Assembly: GCA_030390025.1 (NCBI GenBank)
Contig: CM059425.1
Coordinates: 178,934,001-178,998,000, forward strand
DNA from: Squalus acanthias
Lineage: Eukaryota
Reading direction: 5' to 3'
DNA length: 64,000 nucleotides
Positions 13,461 through 26,710 of the stretch are shown here, in pieces. Below the pieces are notes generated by a model. That model worked only from the letters and a program-made list of their open reading frames with translations, did not search any database and had not been told where the DNA came from. The translations under genes and the position numbers were made by a program. The stretch's first letter is position 1. Every line of letters begins with the position of its first letter.

Positions 13461-13877
13461 TGCTACCCCAATGGCTGAACGGCCAGATCTGCTACCCCCA
13501 TGGCTGAATGGCCAGATAACATTCAGGCTTAGATGTTCATCTTTGTGGGGAATCCTGCTGGATCTGTGACCGAGTAGGCTTTGTGACTGCCTGTTTGGGC
13601 CTGCGCTGAATACAGCAGGTTTCATGGGAGCTCAGCCACTTCAGAATACTTTGGGATTCCAGCTGTGCCGGGGAGCCCACACCTGAGATGAGGGGTGGAA
13701 TATGGCCAATGTTGGCCTTGGGCATCTGCAGTAATGGAGAGAGGCCACTGCCTCTGAGGCATCTGAAGAGGTGGCCCAGCTTTGTCAAAACATAAATAAA
13801 TCCTGGGGTTCTTACAGTAATTCATGGGGGGATTTAACCCACTTGTCCTTGAAATGCTTGATGTCAGGAACAACACC

Positions 13878-14540
13878 AATAACAATAACTTGCATTTATA
13901 TAGTGCCTTTAATGTAAGAACATTTTCCAAGTGACTTTACAAATAGATGCAAGGAGAATCAACACCAAGCAGATAAGAACGATTAGGAGGGATGATCAAA
14001 GCTTGGTCAAAGAAATACATTTTAAGGAGATTTTTAAAGGTAGAAAGAGATGGAGAGTAGAGGGGATTAGAAGTGGTGGAGAGGTAGAGCTGGATATCAT
14101 CAGTGTAAATGCGAAAGCTAACCCTGTTGCCTGCAGATGAGGTCACTAAGAGGATAGGATGCAGATAAGGAAAAGGAGAGGGCCAAGGATAGAAACTTGA
14201 GAAACCTTGGAGGTAACAATGTGGAGGGTTAGATCATTGCTGAAGATGCTCAGATGGGTAGAAATGGAACCATGCAAGTGCAGTGCCATTGAGCTAGATG
14301 ACGGAGGAGAGGTGTGGGTGGAGGATGGTGTGGTCATTGGTATCGAATGTGGCAGAGACGTCAAATAGATTGAGGAGTGGTAAAGTATCACCATCACAGT
14401 TAGAGAGGATGTCCTTTGTGACTTTGGCGAGGGCCCTTTTGATGCTGTGTGTTGGGCAGAAGCCAGACTGGAGGGATTCAAACAAGAATTTTCAGGAGAG
14501 ATGGACAAGCAACTGGGAGGCAATGGCACATTCAAGTTCA
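13878..14540 (-). mobile_element. L2 LINE remnant
   Basis: FESLQSGFCPTHS..AL.KV..DIL..DVSATFDT; L2-type tail aacttgcatttatatagtgcc. Confidence 0.8.
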
Positions 14541-14573
14541 GGTCAGGATTGAACAGGACGGCAAGTTTAAGGA

Positions 14574-14700
14574 CAATGTTCCCTATAATTTTTTGGGGGC
14601 CACGCGGCCCCTCTAACGGACTGTGCAGTCCAATCAAAAGTCTGTGCATGCGCGGTTTTTTCAATTTAAAAGCAGACTGTGCAGCTTAGAGGGAACAGTC
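14574..14700. mobile_element. Small MITE, possibly hAT-type
   Basis: Imperfect TIR caatgttccctataa / ttagagggaacagtc; TSD not clear. Confidence 0.45.
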
Positions 14701-15157
14701 TGGTTTGATTTAAGAGAACGGACAGGGAGTGTGTACAATGTCGCTATGGTGATAATAATGAAAAATGTGACATAACATCACTGTCATTATCAGATCATTT
14801 GAATACACTGGCTTATAAGTGGGCAGATATAATTAATAGCTTCCGTTATTCCAGTGTAAAATCCTGGAAGTGATAGTGGGGAACGAGTGAAACGGCTCCC
14901 TGATTGATTTTTGCCCCGTCACACAATTAGAATGGCATTTGGTATAAATAAGGAGTGTTGCTAGCATCCATAGAACTGTACCTCAACAAGAGTCAGCATC
15001 TTCAAGATAGGAGGAAAGAAAAATGGGGGCGATAAGGAAGAAAGGATTGACCTCAAATATAAAGCTGACAGACCTCGACCATACTGGGCAGATCATGGAA
15101 AAATTCTCTTCCAAAGTTTAACTCTGCCCACTTGAAATTTTCTCCCCACAAAACTAG

Positions 15158-15310
15158 GGGGGTGAAATGAATCTTGGACAGTAGCACAAATTGGGCACTA
15201 GTGAATCAGCAGCCCATTGTACAATCCACCCAACTTCCTTTTAAAATCGGCCAGAGTGCAAAATGGGCTGTCATCCATTTTGTGCTACCACCAAGACACA
15301 TTCCACCCCC
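15158..15310. mobile_element. Palindromic Harbinger-type MITE
   Basis: gggggtgaaatgaatcttgg / ccaagacacattccaccccc; related to 38364-38505. Confidence 0.7.
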
Positions 15311-15391
15311 CAGTAGTTTTATTCAACACCATTTGGGGTGAAAGCTGTTTCATTGGCTCCCATTCCAAAAAAAACCCTATTCAAACATAGA

Positions 15392-15865
15392 GGGGTGGAT
15401 TCCCCCTGATTGAACTTCAGGCACTGGCTGGCGGAATGTGCCGACCAACTGCCCGGTCGTCATGGCAGGAGATCCGGTCCATTTTGAGGGCCTGACCTCA
15501 TTAGCAAGAAGATAAGCCCATGGGGTGGGGGAAGGGGTGGGGGCCCGATGTTTGATGGGGAATCCAGAGTGGCCGCAGCCCAGGCTGGTTTTGTGGAGCC
15601 TGGAGGAGCACTCCTGCTCAACCCAGCCCTACAAAAAGAAGAGCTTGCCTTTAGGATTTTCCGGTCAGGCCACCAGCTGCTACTGGCAATCAGGGGGTAG
15701 GCACATTTCAAATGCTAATCAGGTTCCAAAGACATACATAGGATCCCGATTAGCATTCTAAATGGGCCAACCACCTGAATCAGGGGCCCACTCCAGCTGC
15801 CCAAAGGTAGGCCCGGGGGTGCAATGTCTTGGCTATAGCAGGTGCGAAGCCTAAGAATTCACTCC
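15392..15865. mobile_element. Non-autonomous Harbinger-like element
   Basis: ggggtggattc / gaattcactcc; AGA TSD. Confidence 0.6.
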
Positions 15866-15999
15866 AGAATCTATCAGCAAATTTATTTTAAGGACTTTTT
15901 TGTGGGTTAAATTTTATTTGCTCAGCATGCCAATGGAAGACTTTTTCCACTTTTAGCAGCCAAAATTACATCAAGCAAATCTCCGTTTATTGTATCATA

Positions 16000-16240
16000 A
16001 CACTTCCCACACTACCCATTCCTTGTGGCCTCCCTAAGTAAGATTGCTATTTTAGTGTCAAACTATGGACAGTTTTGCCCTGTGCCTTCAAGGGTCTGGC
16101 TTGAGACTGTCCAACCTTATTTCACAAAGGATCCTTACAACCAGCAGAGAGAATGAAAGCTTTTATCCCATTAGTCTTGGCTGGATTCAAGCTAAGGTTC
16201 CAGAGGTGAAATGACAGTGTGCTAATCCACTAAACACTTC
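16000..16240 (-). mobile_element. Degenerate tRNA-headed SINE
   Basis: Minus strand gtttagtggattagcacactgtcatttcacctctgg..ttgaatccagcc resembles a tRNA head. Confidence 0.5.
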
Positions 16241-17098
16241 ACTATACCAGCCAGCCCCTCTCTCAACAACTTCTGAAGCTGGTAGTTCCATGTCAAATCT
16301 TCTACTTCAAAAGTATGAAACCAGGCCACACCATCAAGAACTGTTACCTAAACAAACTACGTAGGTATGTGGGGCGAGTTGGCTAAGGTAGATTGGGAAA
16401 CTACATTAAAAGGTATGACATTGGACGAGCAATGGCTAGAATTTAAAGAATTAATACATAATTTACAACAGATATACATTCCTTTAAGGCATAAAACCCC
16501 CACAGGAAAAGTGATCTAACCGTGGCTAACAAGAGAAGTTAAAGATAGTATTAGATCAAAGAAAGAAACTTATAATGCTGCCAAAAAGAGCAGTAAGCCT
16601 GAGGATTGGGAGGATTTTAGAATTCAGCAAAGGAGGAGCAAGAAATTGATAAGGAAAGGGAAAATAGAATATGAGAGTAAACTAGCGAGACACATAAAAA
16701 CAAACTGTAAAATCTTCTATAAGTATGTAAAAAGGAAAAGATTAGTGAAAGTAAATGTGGGTCCCTTACAGGTTGAGACAGGAGAAATTATAATGGGAAT
16801 AAGGAAATGGCAGAGAAATTAAACAAATACTTTGGCCGCGATTTTACCATCGGCGACGGGTTCGAGTCGGGTTGGCTGTTCGGCGGGTTCCGGTCTCGCT
16901 GTCGGTTTCAGCCGCTCTGAATTAACGATTTTCCCTTAACTGGGCTTATTAAGCCCGTCGTGCGCACTACCCAGCTCAATCAGTGGGTTTGGGTCTGCTG
17001 CTCGCCTCTGCTGATGTCTTCCATCCAGCTGCATTTAAGGGGCCCATGCAACCTTGTGGTTTTTCATTCTGATGCTTCTCAGTGTGGCAGATAGCGAG

Positions 17099-19005
17099 AT
17101 GACAGCTTCAAGATCAAAGGCCTCTCCAAAATTCGATGATGACACCCTCTATGCTCTTGTGGAGGGAGTGAGAGGGCACAAAGAGGTTCTGTATCCCTCA
17201 AATGGATGGAGGAAGCCTCCACAGAAAACCGAGGCAGCCTGGCTGCAAATTGCTGACGAGGTGAGCGCCAGGTCTTTGTGTTCACGCACCTGGCTTCAGT
17301 GCAGGAAAAGGTTCAATGATCTGCTATGCTCAGCAAAAGTGAGTATAACATCACACTTACCTTCAATCTGCTCCCCATCTCCTCTCATCACCAGAACTCT
17401 GCATTGTCAACCTATTCCTGCACATCCCAATTTACCCTTACATCCCTTGCACCCTTAACCATCCCTCTCTCTCTATGTACAGAACCACTTCACCATTCTA
17501 CTATGCACCCCTCACACTCGCTATCACTGTTATGCAATGACAACAACTAACAACGCACAGGGAGGGACCTTGGTATTGGCACCTCACTCCATCTTTGTCT
17601 CCCTCTAAGCATCTATGCTATGGATTCTCTACACTCACTCCAACAGTCTCACTCAAACTCCACTTGTGCCCCTCATTGCAGGAAAAGAAAGCCCACAATA
17701 AGAGGGAGAGGGGCAGGACAGGAGGAGGACCACCTTCCATTGCGCATTTGACCACCGCTGAGGAGGCTGCTCTCGATATTGTCAGAGGTGCTGAGGAGCT
17801 GGACGTGGGGGACGGAGAGACGGGCGCAGTAGAGCAAGCTGGTGACAGAATAGATTTGAAACCCTCTCATTTAGATTGCATGAGTGACTGATATGGCATC
17901 TGATGTTCATACAGATTGAGTTCTGATCACCTGCACAATTGGATGTGTCTGCTACGTTAATATCACATGTCCAACTCATACCTTTACTCCCCCACAGGAC
18001 CATCGAGAGCCCCCCTTCCCACTGTCCAGGAGAAGAGCCGGAAACTCCTCAGAGGAAGCTGTAACCTCTGAGGGTGCAGTGTCAGCAGAATTGAGCGCCC
18101 TCAGCACCAGCGCAGAGACGCACACCTCGGTGGGTCATTTGCGAGATAGATTAGTCTTGTCACCTGGTGTATCACAGCTCACAAGTGAGAATCAGCAGAT
18201 GGTGGAGACAGGGACAGCAGAGGAGAGTCCTCGTCGGAGGCCGCAGGGCACTCCTAGCTCTGCTCAGCTGCATGTAAGGCCTGTGCCTCTGGGGCCATCC
18301 AGAAAGAGAGCGGTGCTGGAACTCCAGGAACAAATGCAGGAGGCTCTGACAGGGTTTGCAACCACGGTAACTGCGAGTGTGCAGAGAATGGAGAAGTCCA
18401 TCTCAAACATGAGCAATGCCGTGGTGCACTCAATGGCAAATGTAGGTGCTGCCATGGAAAGGATGGCAACCTCCATGGAGAACGTAAGTCGCCAGATGCA
18501 AATAAACATGGTGACTCTTCTAAATAGATGGTCTGCTATTGAGGATAGATGGCCATCTATTGAGGAGAGGAACCAGAGGTACATGGACGTCCCCGTTATG
18601 AGGGCTGTCAGTACAGAGACGGGTCCTCATGGCTCCACTGATGTGCAGCAAGGTGCTCTCCAGCTACTTGCTAGCAGTGAAGTGCGGGCGACCCATGAGA
18701 GGGATGTTGGTGGTAGACAACAAGGAAGTGTGGGCTCCTCTCCAAGCGCTCACACGACCATGCCACTGCGGAGCCCTCGGTCAGAGCCCCAGATTCCTCA
18801 CCCAACTGAGATGGCCGTCTCAGCCCCTGCATAGCCGTAGGAGGAGCAGACTGTTGCCGAGCCATCCCAGGCTCCCAAACCCAGAGGACGCCCGCCAAAG
18901 GTGTCGAAGCAGGCGCAGCATGAAAGTGAGCAAGGTGCCTCAACATCTGCTGAAGCCACAGGGGAAGCACCACGTAGAAGCACGCGTAAGAGAATGTTAA
19001 CACAC
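17099..19005 (+). pseudogene. Harbinger Myb/SANT-like (trihelix, NAIF1/MSANTD-like) gene; exons 17099-17338, 17682-17841, 17998-~19005; frameshift and premature stop
   Basis: PKFDDDTLYALVEGV..WLQIADEV..RTWLQCRKRFNDL; GT-AG sites; exon 2 KRERGRTGGGPP. Confidence 0.85.
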
Positions 19006-19008
19006 AAA

Positions 19009-19220
19009 GGGGGAAAAATTCGGTTGGTTTGCGCCTCCCGTTAGCGCCTTAAGAGGGTGCTAATAGGGCGCAAAGCAACTGTCGCCCTGGGCATGGTGAT
19101 GTTTGCGCCGCTCGCAAAATTGACCAGGCATTTTGCGGCGGCGCTAAACACTGCCGCCACGATCTCCTGCGCCCGCCGATCGTGACGTCAGTCAAGCGTG
19201 CAACGCCCCGGTAGCGCCCC
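19009..19220. mobile_element. Single end of a Harbinger family B element
   Basis: gggggaaaaattcggttggtttgcgcctcccgttagcgcc matches reverse complement of 30990-31044. Confidence 0.8.
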
Positions 19221-19830
19221 AGACAAATACAGCTGGGTTGTGTTGGGGCGCCCTAATGGCCACATGTGTGCAGTCTACGACGCCCTGCACCCTTGGGAAG
19301 CCTGCCATATTTGCAAAGCCAACAGCACGCGCAGTTACACTTGCTTCATCCGTGGAGAAGTGGATGTAATTGTGCACCTTTGCAAATAGGGCATCGGTAA
19401 CCTGCATGGTGCAAGCGTGTGAGGCCGACTGGGAAATGCCGCTGATGTCTGCTGCTGATCTCTGGAAGGACCCTGAAGCAAAAAAGTTGAATGCGGTGGT
19501 GACTTTGACAGCCATTGGTAAGGAGTGTTCACCCGCTCCTCTGGGCTCCAGCTATTGGTGCAGCATTGTGCAGATGTCAGCAACTACTTCTTGCGAAAGT
19601 CTCAGCCTCCTTTGGCATGGCTGCTCACTCATGTTGAGGAAGCTCATCCTCTGCCTGTAAACCCTGTGTTGGGGGTATCTCCTGCAGCGAGGTGCAGCCC
19701 TGCGCTGACGGCCTCTGCCCTGTGCAGCATCAGGTGGATGAAGAGAAGGTTGGCGCTCCTGTTGTTGCTACTGCTGTTGTGCCTGGTTCTGCTGCGGCTG
19801 CTCTTCCTCCGATTCTGAGGACCAGGATGA
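19221..19830 (-). pseudogene. HARBI1-like DDE transposase, N-terminal half
   Basis: [36 protein letters not shown]. Confidence 0.9.
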
Positions 19831-21145
19831 GAGGGTATAAATGGTTCCAATTCCGCTGGTATATATGTCAGTTGAGGAATAGATGTTATAAGCGCTCAGT
19901 CAATGTGGGGAGAAGGTTTTCCAAGGAAGTCACAGTGCATATGGATCTCAGCTTAAACACTTACAAGCTTAATAGACCTGCAAAATGTGTTCCAACACCT
20001 CAAAACACAAAGTTCTGGCATCTGAAAGTCAGCCATCTTACAGGTCAGCTTTTATGCTGCAGGAGCAGCTGTCAAGAATTCAGCTAGTTGCTGAACCCGG
20101 CACAATCAGCTGGCGTGTTTGGCGCACGACGGGCAACATGCTGAAAAAGTCTTAAAATGGGATTATGTAGGCAGTTAACAAGCTGTTAACTGCTTTAAGT
20201 GCCTCTCCCGCCGCTTGGTGTCGGGTCTGATCGGGACTCGCAGGCCCGACACTTTGCAAAGTTGCGTGGAGGTGGGATGGCAGCAGGTTCGCAACTCGCC
20301 GTCAATCATTTAGATTTTCACTCCAGACCCACCTCCAAACCCGCCCTCTGAGCACCAGCAAAATCGTGGCCTTTGTGTCTGTCTTCATGGAAGAAGAGGC
20401 AAAAAACTTCCCAGAAATAGTAGAGAACCAACGGTCGAGCGACAATGAGGAACTGAAAGAAATTAGTATTAGTAAAAAAGTACTACTGGAGAAATTAATG
20501 GGACTGAAAGCCAATAAATCCCCTGGACCTGATGGCCTACATCCTAGGGTTTTGAAAGAGTTGGCTATAGAGATAGTGGATGCATTGGTTGTCATTTTCC
20601 AAAATTCCATAGACTGTAGAATGGTTGCCATGGATTGGAAGGTAGCAAATGTAACCCCACTATTTAAGAAAGGAGGGAGAGAGAAAACGGGGAACTACAG
20701 ACCAGTTAGCCTGACATCAGTAGCAGAGAAATTGCTAGAATCTATTATTAAGGACGTGGTAACAGGGCACTTAGAAAATAATAATAGGATTGGGCAGAGT
20801 CAACACGGATTTATGAAAGGGAAATCGTGTTTGACAAATCTGTTGGAGTTTTTTGAGGTTGTAACGAGCAGAATAGATAAGGGGGAACCAGTGGATGTGG
20901 TGTATTTGGATTTTCAGAAGGCATTCGATAAGGTGCCACACAAGAGGTTATTAAACAAAATTAGGGCTCATAGGATTGAGGGTAATATACTAGCATGGAT
21001 TGAGGATTGGTTAAAGGACAGAAAACAGAGAGTAGGAATAAATGGGTCATTTTCGGGTTGGCAGGCTGTAACTAGTCGGGTAGCGCAAGGATCTCAGCTA
21101 TTAACAATCTACATCAATGATTTGGATGAGGGGCCAAATGTAATA

Positions 21146-21509
21146 CAGGAAACTCTCTTTTAACCGGCACCCAAATAACCGGAAATCTCTCTTAACCGGC
21201 AAAATTCTTGAGTAGGTAACCGGGGTTTTCCTTCATCTCTCCTTTAAAAATAACTTTAAAAAAAACCCCGAGGCATTTGCCTTGTATCGGAGCGTGTAGA
21301 TTGGGAGGGGAATGTGCAACCCGGGTAGGCAGCGGACACGACAGATGGTCAGCTGGCGGTCCCCGGGGAGACGGAGCTCCGAATGCAGGCGCATGTCAGT
21401 GTGTACGGGGCTCTCGTACGTTGGGAGATATAACTCTCCGTTATCCGGACTTTTTGATTAACCGGCACCACGCCGGTCTCGTCGGTGCCGGTTAATAAAG
21501 AGTTTCCTG
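21146..21509. mobile_element. Tc1/mariner-superfamily (pogo/Tigger-like) MITE
   Basis: TIR caggaaactctcttttaaccggcacc / ggtgccggttaataaagagtttcctg; TA TSD; removal restores CR1 [10 protein letters not shown]. Confidence 0.88.
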
Positions 21510-22517
21510 TATATCCAAGTTTGCTGATGATACAAAGCTGGGTGGGAATGTAGTTGTGAGGAGGATGCATGGAGGCTTCAAGGGGATATAGACAGGCTAA
21601 GTGAGTGGGCAAGAACATGGCAAATGGAATATAATGTGGAGAAATGTGAAGTTATGCACTTCGGTCGGAAAAATAGAAAAGCAGATTTTTTTTTAAATGG
21701 TGAGGAATTGGGAAATGTTGGTGTTCAGAGGGACCTGGGTGTCCTTGTACATAAATCACTGAAAGTTAACATGCAGGTACAGCAAGCAATTAGGAAAACA
21801 AATGGTATGTTGGCCTTTATTACAAGAGGATTTGAGTACAAGAGTAAAGACGTCTTACTGCAATTATATAGGGCCCTGGTGAGACCACACCTGGAGTATT
21901 GTGTACAGTTTTGGTCTCCTTAGCTAAGGAAGGGTGTACTTGCCATAGAGGGAGTGCAACACAGGTTCACCAGAATGGTTCCTGGGATGGGGGGATTGTC
22001 CTATGAGGAGAGATTGAGTAGACTAGGCCTATATTTTCTAGAGTTTAGAAGAATGAGAGGTGATCTCATTGAAACATACAAAATTCTTACAGGGCTTGAC
22101 AGGGTAGATGCAGGGAGGATGTTTACCCTGGCAGGGAAGTCTAGAACCAGGGGTCACAGTCTCAGAATAAGGGGTCGGCCATTTAGGACTGAGATGAGGA
22201 GAAATTTCTTCACTCAGAGGGTGGTGAATCTTTGGAATTCTCTACCCCACAGGGCTGTGGAGGCTCAGTCGTTGAGTATATTCAAGACAGAGATCGATAG
22301 ATTTTTGAATATTAAGGGAATCAAGGGATATGGTAATAGTTCAGGAAAGTGGAGATGAGGTAGAAGATTAGCCATGATCTTATTGAATGGCGGAGCAGGC
22401 TCGAAGGGCCAAATGGCCTACTCCTGCTCCTATTTCTTATGTTCTTATGTAAACAGATTCGAGGAGTTATTATTGTTTTCAATATTAATCAGCTAAGTAC
22501 AAATTGTAATGACACAT

Positions 22518-24172
22518 CTCTCTTAGGCAGTCCCTCAGAACCGAGGATGACTTGCTTCCACGTTAAAAATGAGTTCTCAGGTGATGGATGAGTCCAATGC
22601 GGGACCTACAGTCTCTGTCACAGGTGGGACAGATGGTGGTTGAAGGGGCGGGTGGGTGGGGTGCTTGGGTTGACGTGTGCTCCTTTCGCTGCTTGCGCTT
22701 GGCTTCCGCTTGCTCCCGGCGAAGAGACTTGAGGTGTTCGGCGCCTTCCCGGATGCTTCTCCTCCACTTTGTGCAGTCTTGGGCCAGGGATTCCCAGGTG
22801 TCGGTGGGGATGTTGCACTTTTTCAAGGAGGCTTTGAGGGTGTCCTTGAAGCGTTTCCTCTGCCCACCTGGGGCTCTCTTGCCGTGTCGGAGCTCCGAGT
22901 AGAGCACTTGTTTTGGGAGTCTCATATCGGGCATGCGGACAATGTGACCCGTCCATCGGAGCTGATCGAGCCTGGTCAAAGCTTCGATGCTGGGGATGTT
23001 GGCCTGAGCGAGAACACTGACATTGGTGTGCCTATCCTGCCAATGGATTTGCAGGATCTTGCGGAGGCAGCATTGGTGGTACCTCTCCAGTGTTTTCAGG
23101 TGCCTGCTGTACATGGTCCATGTCTCTGAGGCATACAGGAGGGTGGGTATCACTACTGCTCTGTAGACCATGAGCTTGGTGCCGGGTTTGAGATCCTGGT
23201 CTTCAAACAGTCTCTTCCTCAGGCGACCGAAGGCTGCACTGGCACACTGAAGGCGGTGTTGGACTTCGTCATCGACGTCTGCCCTTGTTGACAGTCGGCT
23301 CCCGAGGTATGGAATCTGGTTCACGTTGTCCAAGGCCTTGTCATGGATTTTGATAATCGGGGAGCAGTACTGTGTGGCGGGGGCAGGTTGGTAGAGGACC
23401 TTTGTCTTACGGATGTTCAGTGTAAGGCCCATGCTCTCGTATGCTTCGGTGAAGGTGTTGACGATGGTTTGGAGTTCGACCTCCGAGTGTGCGTAATTCG
23501 ACGAGAGATCATGGGACAACCTTGGATCTGGACTGGAGGCGACGGAGGTGGAACAGTTTCCCGTTAGTTCTGTAAATTAACTCCACTCCAGCGGGGAGCT
23601 TACTGAGGGTGAGATGGAGCATTGCAGCAAGGAAGATCGAGAAGAGCGTTGGTGCGATGACACAGCCTTGCTTGACCCCGGTCCGTACATGAATTGGGTC
23701 TGTGGTGGAACCGTTGGTCAGGATCACAGCTTGCATGTTGTCGTGAAGCAGGCGGAGGATGGTGACAAACTTTTGAGGGCAGCCGAATTTAAGGAGGACA
23801 CTCCATAATCCCTCACGGTTGACAGTGTCGAAGTCCTTTGTGAGGTCAAAGAAGGACATGTTCAGCAGTTGGTGCTGTTCCCTGCATTTCCCTTGTAGTT
23901 GACGGCCGGTGAAGATCATGTCCATTGTGCCCCTTAGTAGGCGGAATCCATATTGCGACTCTGGGAGAAGCTCTTCAGCCACTGGGAGAAGGCGATTGAG
24001 GAGGATTCTTGCGATGACTTTCCCTGTGGCAGACAGCAGGGAGACTCCTCTGTAATTACCACAATCGGACTTGTCACCTTTCTTGAAGATGGTCACAATT
24101 ACAGCACTCTGAGATCCCCTGGCATGCTCTCCTCCTTCCAGATAAGAGAAATGAGTTCATGAATTCACGCCA
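22518..24172 (-). mobile_element. RTE-clade LINE, 5'-truncated
   Basis: ORFs 23509..24096 and 22563..23519 with C-terminal CPTC..HLRTH; GACACAT TSD. Confidence 0.92.
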
Positions 24173-24705
24173 GACACATAACACATAATATGTTAATCAA
24201 ACCATGAAAAACTATTGGCAAATCAAATATTTTAATCGCATCATGAAAAACTATTGGCAAAATCAGTACTGAGACTTTACATGGCTACAGGTTCAGTTTG
24301 TCACAAAACTTTTGCAAATGAGGCCCAGTAGTTAAGAAGTAGGAAAATTACAAATTTAGGGGGAGAAATTCATTATAGCCCAGGAATGGTTTTGAAAAGT
24401 TTGAGAATTAGCGCCAGGCGCTAATGCTTCAGACTGCACGCAAAATCCAGTCTCATTGCACAAAGAAAGAATTGGAGCGCTAAATCAAGCGCTAATGGCC
24501 TAGCTCAGTGGCATTAAACTCGAAGCACTAACCAATATCAGGTGCAGTCTAATCACAAGTCGTCATAGCTACAGGCTCTTTCCACCTCTTAAATGGAAGG
24601 TTCATGGATGCTGCAGAACCTCATTCTCATCATTGCTGGCTGTGCAGCCGTCTCAGCCAGCAGCTGCAGATCGAGGAGAGGAGCCGGACGACTCAAGCAG
24701 CCGTA

Positions 24706-26531
24706 ATGATGGCAGATCCACGCCCCAGGGAGAGAGCTCGCATATTCTGTGACCATGCATTGGAGGCGCTGGTGTTCGCAGTGGAAAAATGGAAGGCGGT
24801 GCTCCACCCGACAAGTGGCAGGAGACCCTCGCCACATGTCTTCCGCACCATGTGGAGGGAGGTAGCGCAGCACATCTCGGGCAGCACTGTGGTCCCCAGG
24901 ACCCACACACAGTGCAGGAAGAAATTTAACGACCTCACTCGGATGGTCAGGGTGAGCCAATGTGTCCACAAATGCTACATACCACCATCTGAACCTCAGT
25001 CTGCACACATTGTCCAAAGCACCACACCCCCAGCACTCACCCACCAACAATCTCTACCTACCAACACTCACACCCACATCTCACACCTTGCACACAATAA
25101 CAGCTATTCAACTATGGCAGGCACATCACCCAAACGCATTGCCCCACACTCACTCACAGACTTTCCTTTCTCTTGCAGGCCAAGGTGGCTCATAACAGGA
25201 GGAAACAGGAGTGCACAGGCGGGGGAGAAGCCGACACCCAACCACTGCCTGTACTAGAGACTCGAAGCTGTAGATTATTGTGTGCCAGGTAGTGTGCGCC
25301 ATGGCTACCCAGTGACATTGACCCCCTTGGGGACAACAACGGTATGTTCATCCCTACTCCTTCTTCTCACATCCCACTTCCTCCTCACCACACAAGCCTT
25401 TCGCACTTTCCAGCTAATCATGCTGTATGCATGCATTTCTCTCTTCCTGGCCCCCTCCCCTCACCTTATACCGACTCTTGTGCTTTATGCTTTCAGATAA
25501 TGAGCCAGCACCTGAGCAGCCTGTCCCTGACGGTACCATTGAGAGCGAGGATGAAGAAGACACTGCGTCACTGCATGTTTCACCCGCAGGCACCAGCTCA
25601 GATACTGGCACTACGCGTTCTTTAGAGGCTAGTATAGTAGCGGGATCTGCACAGGGTGAGGCACTGGGGATGAGTGGGCTGCAGCAAGGCCAGGGGGAAA
25701 GTGCAGCTTGGGGGCCAGTTCCCCGGAGGGTGAGTTCTGCTGCACAGGACTCAGATGAGGACCTCGCTGGGGAGGACTTTGGAAGAAGGGTGATGGGCAT
25801 GCACACGGAGATGATAGGTGCAATGGCAAGGGTGCCCGAAAGTCTCTCGGCAATGATAAGGAGCGTGGAGGAGTCCACCTCCAACATTGCACAGAGCTCT
25901 ACGCACACCATGGAACCCATCATTTCCTGTCTGCAAAGGATGGTGGACTCCCAGAGAGACCATGGCGACCCAGACCTGATGCCGTGTGTGATGGCCGATC
26001 TGGCAGCTTCCATTGCAGCACAGGCGGAAGTGATGCAACGTCTTAGTGCTGTAATGCAGTCTATGGTTGGTGCCATTCAATCTTAGACTGCTCTCATGCA
26101 GTCTCAGCTTGATGCCACGCAAGCTCTGACTGCTGCCATCGTGGCTGGGTCTACCACCGTTGACCGGGGCTTTCACGGTGTCGCAGCAGGCCAGCAATCT
26201 GTGCTGCAACAGATTGCTCAGGATGCTGAGGTGCTGCCCCAGGGGAGTGGCAGTGGGTCAGTGGAGCAGGAAGCTGCTGTCCTCTCTCAGGATGACAGCA
26301 TTCCTGCTCCCACCACTGGCACTCCTCCATTGTTCTTGTCGCTGCCTGTCATCCAGCCAGCCCAGACTGCTGCCGCCCATGCTGAGGTGGTGCAGTCTAC
26401 ATCTGAGCCTTCCAGGCCCAGAGCCAGTCGCGGACACTCAGCAGCCTTCCACCAGCCGTGCTGCAGCCACTGGGCCAACACTTCATAGGAGCACTAGAGT
26501 AGGCAAAGGCACAGTAACGAGAGGCACTAAG
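24706..26531 (+). pseudogene. Harbinger B Myb/SANT-like gene; exons 24706-24951, 25179-25341, 25497-~26531
   Basis: RARIFCDHALEALV..WREVA..RTHTQCRKKFNDLTR; GT-AG sites; stop at 26084. Confidence 0.85.
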
Positions 26532-26710
26532 TGATTGCACAAGGGTGAATAGGTAATATTGTTGTTGTAAATATGTGTTCACTGATTATTGATAAATTTA
26601 TTAATTCAGTTTGGATTATTTTGTGGTGTCTCTCATTTCAGCTTTGTGCTGTGATATGGCCTGCGACAGGGATGGAATGATGGAGATGCAACGGGGATCT
26701 GGGGTTTAAT

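Larger units (their letters stand above)
16834..20371. mobile_element. PIF/Harbinger family A transposon, near full length with internal deletion
   Basis: TIR ggccgcgatttt / aaaatcgtggcc; TTT TSD splitting CR1 codons NKYF|VSVF. Confidence 0.92.
16355..22449 (+). mobile_element. CR1 LINE, 5'-truncated, with nested Harbinger and MITE
   Basis: RT ORFs 20366..21163, 21624..21923, 21954..22358; (TTCTTATG)n tail; TAAACA TSD at 16349-16354 and 22450-22455. Confidence 0.92.
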
